From contig OX597828.1 in the NCBI GenBank assembly GCA_951406725.2, positions 69,750,001-69,814,000 of the forward strand: 64,000 bases of DNA, given 5' to 3'. Of the stretch, positions 11,316 to 22,942 are shown in pieces. Origin of the DNA: Octopus vulgaris (taxonomy: Eukaryota). Within the stretch, counting starts at the first letter, position 1, and each line of letters starts with the position of its first letter. Under the pieces are notes generated by a model. It made no database searches, was not told where the DNA came from, and was given only the letters and a program-made list of their open reading frames with translations. Position numbers and translations under genes: made by a program.

Positions 11316-13919
11316 AAAGTTCAGAGAGTTATCACCTCTGTTAGTAGCAAAAAGTCTCTCTCTTTTAGACTGAAAAGCTGATTGCATGATGCTTGTGTAC
11401 AGACAGTTCTGCTACATGGTTACAAACAGTTATGCTACATGGTAGTGAGACATGGGCCCAGAATGCAGAGGACATGTAAAGATTTGAGAGGAATGAAGTT
11501 TTTATGTTTTGTTAGATGTGCAATGTTAGTGTGCATGTAAGAGATATTGAGAGAAAAGTTAGGCACAAAAGGAATCAGATTTAGTGTGTAAGAGAGAAAA
11601 CTGTGCAAGTCTGGCCATGTGACACATATGTATGAAGGACAGCTGCCCAAAGAATTGCTTATCGCTTAAAGTAGATGGAATTTGTGGAAGAGAGAGGCCC
11701 AGGAAAACATGGGATGAAGTAGTGAAGAAATGATTATGTAGTTTGGTAGATGGATAGTGTTAGATAAATCATTGCTAACACAATAATAGAGGGACTATTA
11801 AAAAAACAAAGAATTTAGTGATAAAATCTATATTACTAAATGGCCAAAATTATTTTAAGTTTTCTAAGAATTTTACCTCAAATAATTGTTTCTACACCAT
11901 CATTTAGACGATGTAGTATATTTACCGAATGAGTCTTTCACCAATCATAACTGTGGTAAAATTCAGTGAAGTTTATGCTTAGCTGAGGAGGTCAACATAA
12001 TAAAGAAACATGTTGAAGCATACCGATGTACTTGCTAGAAAATTAAGATATTACGAGTCATTCATCCTTTACTTCAAAGTTCCATTACACAATAAATAGA
12101 TAAGGATTAGCCGCAGGAAAGGCATCAAGCCATAAAGTGAGACCTCAATGATATACAATACATTTGATATATTATACATCAGTTCATGCTGAGAAACAAC
12201 TGACTGAAGTAGTTTTATTTTTCTCCACATAATCATTTTTAATTAACTTTTTAACACTAAATCATCTGTCGATCAATCAAACCACCAAATTATTTCAAGT
12301 TGATTAACTTTTTACAACTCTCTGTATTAAATAAGTCAACACTAGCTTGTCTCTGTTCCATTTTACATTCAGAACATAGCACAAAACATTCACCACCAGG
12401 TAAATAAAAACATCCAAAGTTTCAAAGAACGCACACCAGGTGTTTGTTTAGAAAATATAAATGGATGTGCCATTCACACACCCAAACACACACAAACACA
12501 AACACAGATATTTATTAAGAACAAGAAAGACATGTGCTGCAACTCACAAGAATACACGTGTTGAAGAACAGTCTCTATGTTTGTGTGTGCATGTCGTGTG
12601 TGTGCATGTCTGTGTTTACTGTTTAAATGAGATACAGAAATATTTTATTACAATTTTGTTTTTATTTATATATTTTTTATGCTGTCTTTGCAATTTAATT
12701 ATAAATATATATGTGTGTGTGTGTGTGAATATGTATGTATATGGTACAAAAATTAAAAGCACACAAAGATGAAGTATGAAAACAACAAACAGAGAGTATT
12801 GGGTTGACATGCAAGAAATCTGGAAGAAGTCCTTAATGTTTTGAGCCTATGCTCTTCTTTGGGAAGGATGAGGAGAGAAAAATAAAATAAAAAGAAAAGA
12901 AAACAGCGCTTAATTACATGGTCATGGTATGTTTTATTGGAGGGGCTGAGATGGCTGGCAATATGCAGTACAAACAATCAGAACGACAGGTCCTTGAGAA
13001 GACCTACTTACTTCAGTGAAACTAAGTTCTAGAAGCGATCTGTATGTGTGTGTGTGTGTGGATATGTGGATATGTGCAAAACTGGGCCCTTCACTTAACT
13101 TCTTCCTCGAGACCCTTTCACCACTCATCATCTCCTCACTATAGCTTTCCTTTGATGTTCAGAGCCATTTCACTTGGTATCCATCTTTTATTCTTAATAC
13201 TGTCCTCTCCACCCATATTTTACATTGATCAACCCCTCATCCCACTTGAAACAATCTCCTCTTCTCTACCACCCTGTGCTCGCCTCTCTCCCACCCTCAC
13301 ACTATAGCAACCTACCCAACAACACTTCATCTCTCATCCTTCTCCTCTCTACTGTCTCAACATTATTATTCTGTTGCTCTTCACTCCCCTACATCATCAA
13401 TCACCCCCAACCCCTTACCCACTTGTTATATTCACCCTCTGCCCCCATCTCACCCATTCTTCATCTCATACACTCTTGCAATTTTATCCATCCACACTCC
13501 TAGTCCTCTGCTCCCCCACCACCCACTTCTACTCATCCCCTACCTTGAGGGTCCACCTAGACACCTCATCCCCACTACATTTTACCTCTTCCCTTCCCAG
13601 TTCCACCCTGATCCCCAACATTCTACCTTTTCTAATGTGAATGCCCATGTAGCTCCTCTCCTTTAGTCCCTTTCTCTCATTCTCTAACCCATCAGCTTCT
13701 AGCATAAACCCCAACCCTAATTGATCAGGGTTTGTAGTCTTATGGGTGGCATGGTGACTTCACTATTAAAGGTGGCATGAAAAAAGGAGCTCAGTCTACA
13801 CTGTAGAATGGTTGGCATTTAGGAAGGGCATCCAGTCATAAATATAGAGTTAGAGCATGATGTAGTCCTTGACCATAATGGACCCTGTCAAACCATTCAG
13901 TATAGAACATGGATGTTAA

Positions 13920-14139
13920 CCCTTTCATTACCAACCTGGCTGAAACCGGCTCTGGCTCTGAGTACAAATGTCTTGTTTTCATAAGTTTTGAATTAAAATC
14001 TTCCACCAAACCTTAGTCACAATTTATGTTTCTAACACTAGCTTAATGATAACTAAATTATTTTACTAAATTCTTTGCTATATTTAAAGTAATTAAAAGA
14101 AACAAAGAGCACCTCAACAGAAATACAGTAATGAAAGGG
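13920..14139. mobile_element. piggyBac-type MITE (220 bp)
   Basis: TTAA|CCCTTTCATTAC ... GTAATGAAAGGG|TTAA: perfect 12-bp TIRs and TTAA target duplication. Confidence 0.88.
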
Positions 14140-14491
14140 TTAAATGATGATTAAATATTTTAGAAAAAATGTTGTTCTCAAATGATGAGAGGATGTTCTT
14201 TGTCCTAAAAATAGCCAAAGATGACTACATTCTTTTTCGATTATCTGGGTGTGCCTTGTCCAACTGCTAGGGGTGACCAAAGGGGATGGCAGTATGAATG
14301 TCAGGGCAGTTGACCAGTTATCCTGGAATTGCAGAGTTGAGACAGACAATAGTGGACTTGAGGGTTGGAGAGAATGTTAATGAAGGCAGTGGGGGATGGA
14401 GAGGAAGGGATAAACTGGTGGGGAAGCAACACATACATTAGGAAGCCTGACTGAACTTGGGTGTGTGTGCATGTGTGTATGTGTGTGCGTG

Positions 14492-14531
<40 letters not shown>

Positions 14532-14804
14532 TATATACACACACACATACATACCTTGTCATGTAATGGGCTTCTTTCACTTTCTATCTTCCAAATCCAC
14601 TCACAAGGCTTTGGCTGGCCTGTGGCTATAGAACAGGACATTTGTCCGAGGTGTCACAAAGTGGGACTGAACCCAAGACACTTGGTTGGGAAGCAAGCTC
14701 CTTAACCACATGGCTATGCCTGTACCTCTGTTGACAACCAAAGGTCTCTCTCTCTCTCTCTTGCTGAGTGAAAAGAAGCTTCTATGATGCATGTATATGA
14801 ACAG

Positions 14805-15435
14805 CAATGCTACATGGTAATGGGATGTGGGTCCTGAATGCAGAAGACATGCGAAGGCTAGAGAGAAATGAAGCTAGAATGCTCCACTGGATGTGGAATG
14901 TCAGTGTACAGGTGCGAGAGAGCGCTAGTGCTTGGAGGGAAAAGTTGGGCATAAGATGGATTATATGAAGTGTGCAAGAGAGAAGACTTCATTGGTTTGG
15001 TCATGTCATGTGTATGGAAGTAAACAGTAGCATAGAGAAGTGGAGGGAACTTGTAGAAGAGGGAGAGCCAGGAAGACAAGGGACAAAATATTGAAGATCA
15101 ATCTGAAGACACTGAACCTTATGAAGGAGATGAGAAAGGACGGAGGTCTCTGGTGCCTTGCTGTACTCAAAAAGACCCGTCCACCACAGCAGGATTGATA
15201 CTGGTGCCAGGGTCACATAAAGAGCCACCCATGTTGGTACTATGTTAGAAACACTGGTACCACATAAAAAGCATCCAGTACACTCTGTGGAATGGTTAGC
15301 ATTAAGAAGGGCGTTCAGCTGTAGAAACAATGCCTCAATGGACAGCTGGAGCCTGGTGCGGTCCCTGGCCTTTCCAGCTCCAGTCAAACTCTCCAACACA
15401 TACCAGTATGGAAAATGGACATTAAATGATGATGT
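14805..15435 (+). mobile_element. Diverged 5'-truncated RTE LINE copy
   Basis: Matches LINE 35470-35870 plus the 3'UTR end (GGAAAATGGACATTAAATGATGATG). Confidence 0.75.
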
Positions 15436-15484
15436 ATACACACATACTAACATATATGCTGTGTGTGTGTGTGTGTGTGTGTAT

Positions 15485-15610
15485 TCTTAAACAAGTATGT
15501 TGTTGACAGTGACTTCACAGTTTTGGTCGGCAAGCTATCGTTGAGTAGTCCGACAATGGCTTAGCTAGCCGAAACTTCGAAGTTACTGACAATAATATGC
15601 TTGTTTAAGA
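15485..15610. repeat. Palindromic insert containing a decayed hammerhead-like core
   Basis: Arms about 15485-15545 and 15549-15610. The right arm reads agt CCGACAA t GGCT tagct AGCC GAAA CTTCGAAG TT act. Confidence 0.65.
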
Positions 15611-15790
15611 TGAAGAAATTTGTATTCTACAAAAGTATAGAGTAACCTATCAGATTTATGTAAAAATGTTTCCATTGTAACTGAACATAAAAACAAATAA
15701 AGACATATATGCACAACACACACAGCTAACCTTCAAATACACAGAGGCTGTGTGAAGGAGTGTATAATGCGTCTATGAAGAGTAACTTAC

Positions 15791-15901
15791 TGAAACTAGA
15801 GTGGACCTGAGTATAGAGTCTTGGCTCTTCAGTCGGTGACCTTCATCGACAACCATCAAATGCCAAGATATCCGTTTCAGAAGCTCGTCTCGCAGACAAA
15901 T
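15791..15901 (-). CDS. CHD1L: CHD1L exon 5 (ICLRDELLKRISWHLMVVDEGHRLKSQDSILRSTLVS; Walker B DEGH)
   Basis: Strong pyrimidine tract plus TTCAG, TCA|GTAAGT donor, 111 nt, phase 0 to 0. Confidence 0.93.
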
Positions 15902-16690
15902 CTGAAAAGGAAAGAAAGAAACCATCAGATGTTGTTGTTTAGCAGCAACTGACCAGATCAGCTTTGACAGACCTAACCTATAATCAAAGGTATTCCAGCT
16001 ATGACCATCCCATCTGTAAGTTATTACATGTCCTGGATGGGTATTTCTCCTTGGTATTCTAAGATGAAATTCCAACAAAAAATGTAGAAAAAAAAGCTCA
16101 CTTAACTCTAATTAGAAATAAATGATGTCCCTGGAGAAAGGCATCAAGAGATGTTACAGGGAAGGAGAACCCAATGGCAGCAGTAATAGCAACAGTTAGG
16201 ATTGAACTTAAGACTTTGTAGTTTGTAATCAAATAATTTTAATCTCCCTGTGATTGTACCTCATAAGTTTGCATTTATTTTTCCATGGGTTGGACGAGTC
16301 TTCTCCAGAAGAATATTTGTAAGTCATTCTCTTCATGAAGATCAGGTTCCTAAGATCAATCTTCATTTCCTCTTGGGTTTCCTTAGGTCTCTTCCTCTTC
16401 TGCAGGTTCCTTCCACTTGGAAATGGTCACCGTCATTATCATTATTGCTTTAACACCCACTTTTCCATGCTTGCATGAGTCAGACACAGTTTAGATTTTC
16501 TACCAGAAGGAAATTTTCTACAGCAGGATGCCCTTCCTGTTGGCAACCCTTACTGTTCCCAAACAAGGTAATATTTCCCCATGGCCAGACATGTTTTTCA
16601 CTGGTTATTGGAACTGAATAACATTTATTTATAACAATCATGTGATGTCAAGACACGGAGACACACACACACACACACACACACATACAT

Positions 16691-16858
16691 ATGTATTATT
16701 TAAAACCATTTGATTTGGTTCCTTGCTACTTTGAATTTTGCAGGTTCTTAGCAGGGGCCCAACTCCAGTGATTCAGAAGCCTGAAGGAAATGGGCTCTCG
16801 TTAGAGGCCAGTGAAACTTGAAGTAGCATGGAACCGAATCAAATTGTTTCAAATACAT
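16691..16858. repeat. Fold-back insert with a hammerhead-like core
   Basis: Arms 16691-16739 and 16813-16858. gc CTGAAGGA..tggGCTCT cgtt AGAGGcca..GAAA CTTGAAG TA gc. Confidence 0.65.
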
Positions 16859-16922
16859 GTAACTCATACTAAATGTGTTGAGAGCCCTTTTCTTTTGTTA
16901 GATCACTCACTTTTGTGTGTGA

Positions 16923-16991
<69 letters not shown>

Positions 16992-18028
16992 AAGGTGAAT
17001 GAATTATCCTAGTATAGATAATTCGGTTAACCGATACCTGGGTAGCAAATTCACGTCAGAAAACACGGTTGAAGCTATATGCCAAGGGCAGGGATCCCGT
17101 GTTCTCGTGTGTAAATTTGTGTTTTTTTTTAACTATGAATAAATGAAAGAATGGAGTCGAACGACGATTTTAACAAAATTCCTTTACTCTCGACACATGT
17201 TTCGAAGGCTGCATATTCCTAATTCCTAATTCATATATATATATATATGACAGGTTTCTTTTAATTTCCATCAAAGACTTTGGTTGGCGTGGGGCTATAG
17301 TAGAAGACACTTGCTCTGCCCAGGGTGCCATGCAGTAGAACTGAACTTGAAACCACACAACTAATCCTGAGACCCACTTAAATAAAATTAAAGAAAGAAA
17401 AAAAAAGGCAGATGGTGCAACGATTATTGATCCTTCCTGGCTTTTCTCCATCACCAACATGGCACCACCCTGATCCTTTAGTTATTCTGGTGCCTTTAAA
17501 AGAATCCAATTCTGTTGCAAGTAGCTGGATTAGGCTTACAGTTTCTTTAGCTGCAAGTGCAGTTCTTAGGGTTGGGTTGTTTCACCATTCTGAGAGTGGA
17601 TCCTGGCACCTCTTTCCCCCATCTGCTGCTTCCATGTTGGCATGGGTTGGACTAGACTTTGATCAACCAGTATCTCATGGCCAGATGCCCTTCCTAATAC
17701 CAATTCTTATAAATAAAGTTAGAAGATTTAGCTTTTGTACTTCTAAGATCTCAACTCAAAATTCTGCTGATGAAACTTTACTTATTCGTGTTCTGAGCCC
17801 AAATAAGTACCAGTTATATACTTGGAGTGTTCAAATAAATTTTTTAAACTTTTACACAAAGGGAAAATCTGCCTCAACAAATTCTGTCTGACCCATGCCA
17901 GCATGGAAAAGTGGATGTTCATGATGACGATGACTACTTTATAAATCTGAAAATTGAATGTGATCTGTGTTGCCATGGATACATTCAAGCCCCACCCACT
18001 CCAATTTGTACAGAACACCTCAACTTAC

Positions 18029-18158
18029 CTCATATGTTGTTAACAGGACATCTAGGGAGGCATCTGTGTCTGTTGCCGTGGAAACCATCTTCTCCAGAAT
18101 CTCTTGCCGTGTATTCTTTTCTCCAATCAAACATTTCACTTTCAAATTGGGAGAAAAC
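18029..18158 (-). CDS. CHD1L: CHD1L exon 4 (FSPNLKVKCLIGEKNTRQEILEKMVSTATDTDASLDVLLTTYE; motif Ib)
   Basis: ACCAG acceptor (weak pyrimidine tract), GAG|GTAAGT donor, 130 nt. VLLTTYE motif. Confidence 0.92.
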
Positions 18159-19105
18159 CTGGTTTGTTGAGACAGCGATGATGATGATGATGATGATGAA
18201 GTGTTGAGTGGAGAAGACAGGAAGAGAGGATGAGACAATGTCAGTCAAATGATAATTAATGACAAAATTCTAAGGCCTTAATTAACCCATAACATCTTGT
18301 ATGACATGAATCAAGCCAACAGTCTTAAAACCATCCAATCAACCAGTCTTAAAACCATCCAATGAAACCAGTCTTAAAGGAAGCTGTGAACTCTCGAATC
18401 TAAAGGATGAAACCATTCTTCTGTCCTTTATTTATATTATGTAATATTTGCTATTAAAATTAAGATGTGTTTGTTGCTGAATGGCCAGGGTTTATCTTCA
18501 GAGATTTCTTTTATCAAAACTTTCATGTAAACCTGTATCTTTTATCTTTTAATCTTTTACTTGTTTCAGTCATTTGACTGCGGCCATGCTGGAGCACCGC
18601 CTTTAGTCGAACACATCGACCCTGGGACTTATTCTTTGTAAGCCTAGTACATATTCTATCGATCTTTTTTGGCGAACCGCTAAGTGACGGGGGACATAAA
18701 CACACAAGCATCGGTTGTCAAGCGATGCTAGGGGGACAAACACAGACACACACACATATATATATATATATACATATATATGACAGGCTTCTTTCAGTTT
18801 CCGTCTACCAAATCCACTCACAAGGCTTCGGTCGGTCCGAGGCTATAGTAGAAGACACTTGCCCAAGGTACCATGCAGTGGGACTGAACCCAGAACCATG
18901 TGGTTGGTAAGCAAGCTACTTACAACACAGCTTTATTTAAGAATAGAATAACATTCCATTGTTAATGTTACATGTGCCAGTGCCATATATGAAGCACCTG
19001 TGCTGGTGCCACGTATACAGTACTTGTGTAGGTGCCATGTAAAATGTACCTGAGTTGATGTCAAACTGTCCAACCCATGCCATCATGGAAAATGTCCACA
19101 TTTAA

Positions 19106-19312
19106 CCCTTTAGCATTTAAACCAGCCATATCAGGCCCTAACATTCTTCCTGCTTTAGGTTCATACTGGCTAGATCCAGCCTCTCACACCTACCCCACAC
19201 TACCAGTCTGGAAGTATACAATTACATCATTGAAACCTAGAAGCTACTAGATAATACAGGTGTGAATAAATAAAGATTACATTTGACAGAATAATTTAAG
19301 GGCTAAAAGGGT
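19106..19312. mobile_element. Second TTAA-CCC MITE family (partial copy near 47935-48040)
   Basis: TTAA|CCCTTTAGC ... GCTAAAAGGG. Confidence 0.55.
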
Positions 19313-20519
19313 GATGGAATAACCTGGCTTACCTGTAAATAATGAAAAAGCTGCAAAAAGTCAAGAAAACATTTCTTTTTGTTTGTACGTCCATTTCAGT
19401 CACAAATTTAATTAATTGCTAACACACACCTTTTATTTTCAATGGCATGTAAAAAGCACCCACTACACTCATGGAGTGGTTGGCATTAGGAAGGGCATCC
19501 AGCTGTAGAAACACTGCCAGATCAGACTGGAGCCCGGTGCAGCCTCTTGGCTTGCCAATCCCCAGTTGAACCAGCCAACCTGTGCTAGCATGGAAAGCAG
19601 ACGTTAAACGATGATGATGATTATTATGTAATTAATTAACAATCACACAATATTATTTTAAGCAGAAATAGCCATTTACATTAAGAAAAACTAAGTTGTA
19701 TCTGCAATACTGTCAATTTACACAGTAGTCTGACCACAAGTAAAGACACTACAAACATTTGACCAGACAAACCCATAATTAGATATTTTCTGCTCAATCA
19801 TTACAGGAATGAGTCTCTGATTTGGAAGATTTTCAACAGAATGCTAAGAGTTAATTTAGAAATTCATTAAAAGTGGACCTTAACGATGTCAATGACAAAT
19901 AAGACAGCTTAAAATATGGATGGGCGAGGGTGGTATGTGACTAGGTATACCACAGCATTGGGAGTGTGTGACAAGAAAATTAGCATTACAAAAGTGAAGG
20001 GTGCAATGGGTAGCATAACTTATGTCCTCGATCTCAATATATTACTGGTACCTACCAACCCCAGAAGGTTTTACTTTTTGTTTTTACTTGACAGCAATAG
20101 TCATGACCCTTGTTAGGGGCTCAGAAACTAGTGGGGTTGGGGTGTGGGAGGAAGTTATTCTCAGACTTGTGACCTAGTCTGACTGCTCCCAACAGAGTAG
20201 GGTCCACTTAAGACGCCCACAGGTCAGTTGATGTTAAACGAGGAGCAACTGATTAAGTCTACAACTACAGAAGAGAAACGATTCCTGCAAAGGGCTTCTT
20301 CACAGTTTCCTTTAACCAAATTTCATCTGCAAAACTTTGGTCAACTCAAGATTATGACAGAAGACAATTGATTAAGATAGTGTGTAGCAAGACCAAACCT
20401 AAATTTTGGCCATTGTAAACCATCTGACCTGACTGTCTGACCACCAGCTCAACTTTGTCCACTAAATCCATTACATTACTCATGACAATAAGCTTCAGCC
20501 TCAAACATCATTGTCTTAC

Positions 20520-20626
20520 CTTTCAAATTCCAATTGCCAATTTTCCAGCACTGATCGTGGACAGATAACAATGTCAGGTTTTTGAATCTTCTCGGTTTTG
20601 CGTAGGAACAAAATACATGCAATCGT
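20520..20626 (-). CDS. CHD1L: CHD1L exon 3 (TIACILFLRKTEKIQKPDIVICPRSVLENWQLEFER; motif Ia)
   Basis: Not in the ORF track in this frame; found by manual translation. T8CCACAG acceptor, AG|GTAAG donor, 107 nt, phase 0 to 2. Confidence 0.92.
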
Positions 20627-21665
20627 CTGTGGAAAAAAAAACATGAAATTAAATTGCAGAACTTGACAACCTCTCTAATGATGGTGCCACAATAAAACAT
20701 GGTCGGTGCATGTTGCAAAGTGAATGGTAAATGAATGGAGAAGGTGTGAGGTTTATCAACTTCTCTAGCATTGGTGTCATGGAAATGCAGCCAGTACATA
20801 TTGTGAAGTGAATGGCAGATGGGTGAAGAAAGTAAGGGCTTGAGGTCCCATCAATGTTGTCTTGTGGAGGGGTTATAATCCTTCTAGGGCTGGCACAACT
20901 GTGTAAAGTGACTGACAATAGAAAGGGTATCCAGCTATAGAAACGAACTTAAAAAGTGACAGATATGAACCCCAGTCTATGAGAGCAACAGCTCCCAGTA
21001 AGGACTCAGGTTGTAATGCTCCATCTAACTCATGCCAGCATGGAAAGCAGACGTACAAATGATGATGATGATGATGATGATGATGAACTATCTTGTCTAA
21101 AAATCAAACATTCTATATTGCTAACTATTTATTAATCTAGAAATCCATTTAAAGCAGCTGGAACCAAGTTTTCAGCAGAGGCCAAGCTTAGGAGGAAGCC
21201 AGCAGCTGTGTCAGGCAAGTAAAGGCCTGATATACTTACAACTTCAGCACTTTAAAACGTTCAACATATTTAACAGATTAAAAAGATATCAAAAGATTTT
21301 TGTTTTAATATTTTTTTCTCTCTCTCTCTAAAGCTAGAAGAAATTCACTGTAAGAACTTCCAACCTACTTTCCCAACTTATTTCCTGTTTCCTATTTAAC
21401 AGTTTCTCGTTTATTGAATTTGTCGAAATTCCTTAATCAGTTTTTGAATTGGTTAACTCTTTCCAGATAAACCATTCTGTAGTTTCTTCAACGAAGAAAA
21501 AGTACTGAACCAATTCTATGAGCAATGAAAACTTTGACACTGGCTTCTCTGGTGTCTCACCAAACCAACACCATTATCATCATAACCACAATCATCATCA
21601 TCATCATCATCCTGCTCCTTATCACAATCATCTTTCAACATTGTCATCATGGCTCCACACACTCA

Positions 21666-21795
21666 GTTTTCTTCTAATTCAGAAGTGAAATGTTTGATTA
21701 GAGAGAATACACAGCAACAGATTCAGGATAAAACAGTTTCCCTGGCAACAGACACAGATATCACCCCCTTGACATCCTGATAACAAGATACCAGG
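21666..21795 (+). pseudogene. Inverted (antisense) degenerate copy of CHD1L exon 4 inside intron 2
   Basis: The plus strand here aligns end to end with the sense of exon 4 (e.g. AAGTGAAATGTTTGATT and GGCAACAGACACAGAT identical). About 25 substitutions and two small indels over about 130 nt. Confidence 0.9.
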
Positions 21796-22446
21796 CTGTT
21801 ATTAAATTTTCTGCAAAACCAAAAGCTGAGCATCTCTCTCTCTCTTTATATATAATTACACACACACACACACACACACACTGGGGTGGTCCTGTGGAGC
21901 TTGCTTTCCACAGTCTCATGTTATGTCCCACTGTGCAACACCTTGGGCAACTCTCTCCTGCAACAGCTGTCCACCAAATCCACTCACATGGCTGATCAAA
22001 GCCTTGTCAGAGGATTTCATATACAAAAACTGACAGGAGCCTACTGTATCATCATCATCATCATCATCATCATCAACGTCTGTCCTCCATGCTGGCATGG
22101 ATGGAACGGAGAGCTGGCAGAATCGTTAGCACGCTGGGCGAAATTCTTAGCAGTATTTCGTCTGCCGTTACGTTCTGAGTTCAAATTCTGCCAAAGTCGA
22201 GTTTGCCTTTCATCCTTTCGGGGTCGATTCAATAAGTACCAGTTACGCACTGGGGTCAATGTAATCGACTTAATCCGTGTGTCTGTCCTTGTTTGTCCTC
22301 TCTGTGTTTAGCCCCTTGTGGGAAGTAAAGAAATAGGTTTGACAGTAGCTGGCCAGGAAGAAGCCTGATCTTGACTTCTGTGACTATTTAAATTAAAATA
22401 ACAATAATATACTGATGATTAAGTAAATTGCAAAATAATAATAAAA

Positions 22447-22485
<39 letters not shown>

Positions 22486-22619
22486 CATATATGCATCAGT
22501 TAGTGTGTTGAAGTGTTGAGTAAAGCACTGGTACAGTTTGGGGCTACCTGGTGGTATCCATAGTTGGGGTATATTTCCGTTGGATCTGCTTCAGGAATGC
22601 AGTAGTGTTAATTGAGATG

Positions 22620-22905
22620 ATAATCAATTAAGTAAACAGGAGATGGAATTGGTGTAACTTTTTCATTTGTATGAGGAACGTTTCCACCCATCCTACAACT
22701 GTCCTCTATAGGTGGGATGCTGTGCCTCATATTGTGTTAACATCAATGTTGCAGGCTGGGTCACATCAAGTCAAGTACATTCATATGCAACATGATGTGA
22801 TGCACAGCATCTCACCTGTAAAGGACAGCTGTGGGATGGGTCAAAACAATCGTTGTACAAAATGAAGTGTTATACCAATTCCATCTTCCGTTTGCTTAAT
22901 CAATT
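22620..22905. repeat. Diverged long inverted repeat in a (TA)n-flanked insert
   Basis: AAGTAAACAGGAGATGGAATTGGTGTAAC pairs with GTTATACCAATTCCATCTTCCGTTTGCTT; about 110-bp arms. Confidence 0.75.
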
Positions 22906-22942
22906 CTTATTATTATTATCATATATATATATATATATATAT

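Larger units (their letters stand above)
10780..11735 (+). mobile_element. Diverged RTE LINE fragment interrupted by a fold-back insert
   Basis: Flanks match LINE 35330-35780 on both sides of the 10869-11315 insertion. Confidence 0.7.

Noticed and set aside
15835-15850. DEGH instead of DEAH in Walker B as a sign of inactivity
   Set aside because: DEGH is common in active SNF2-family ATPases.
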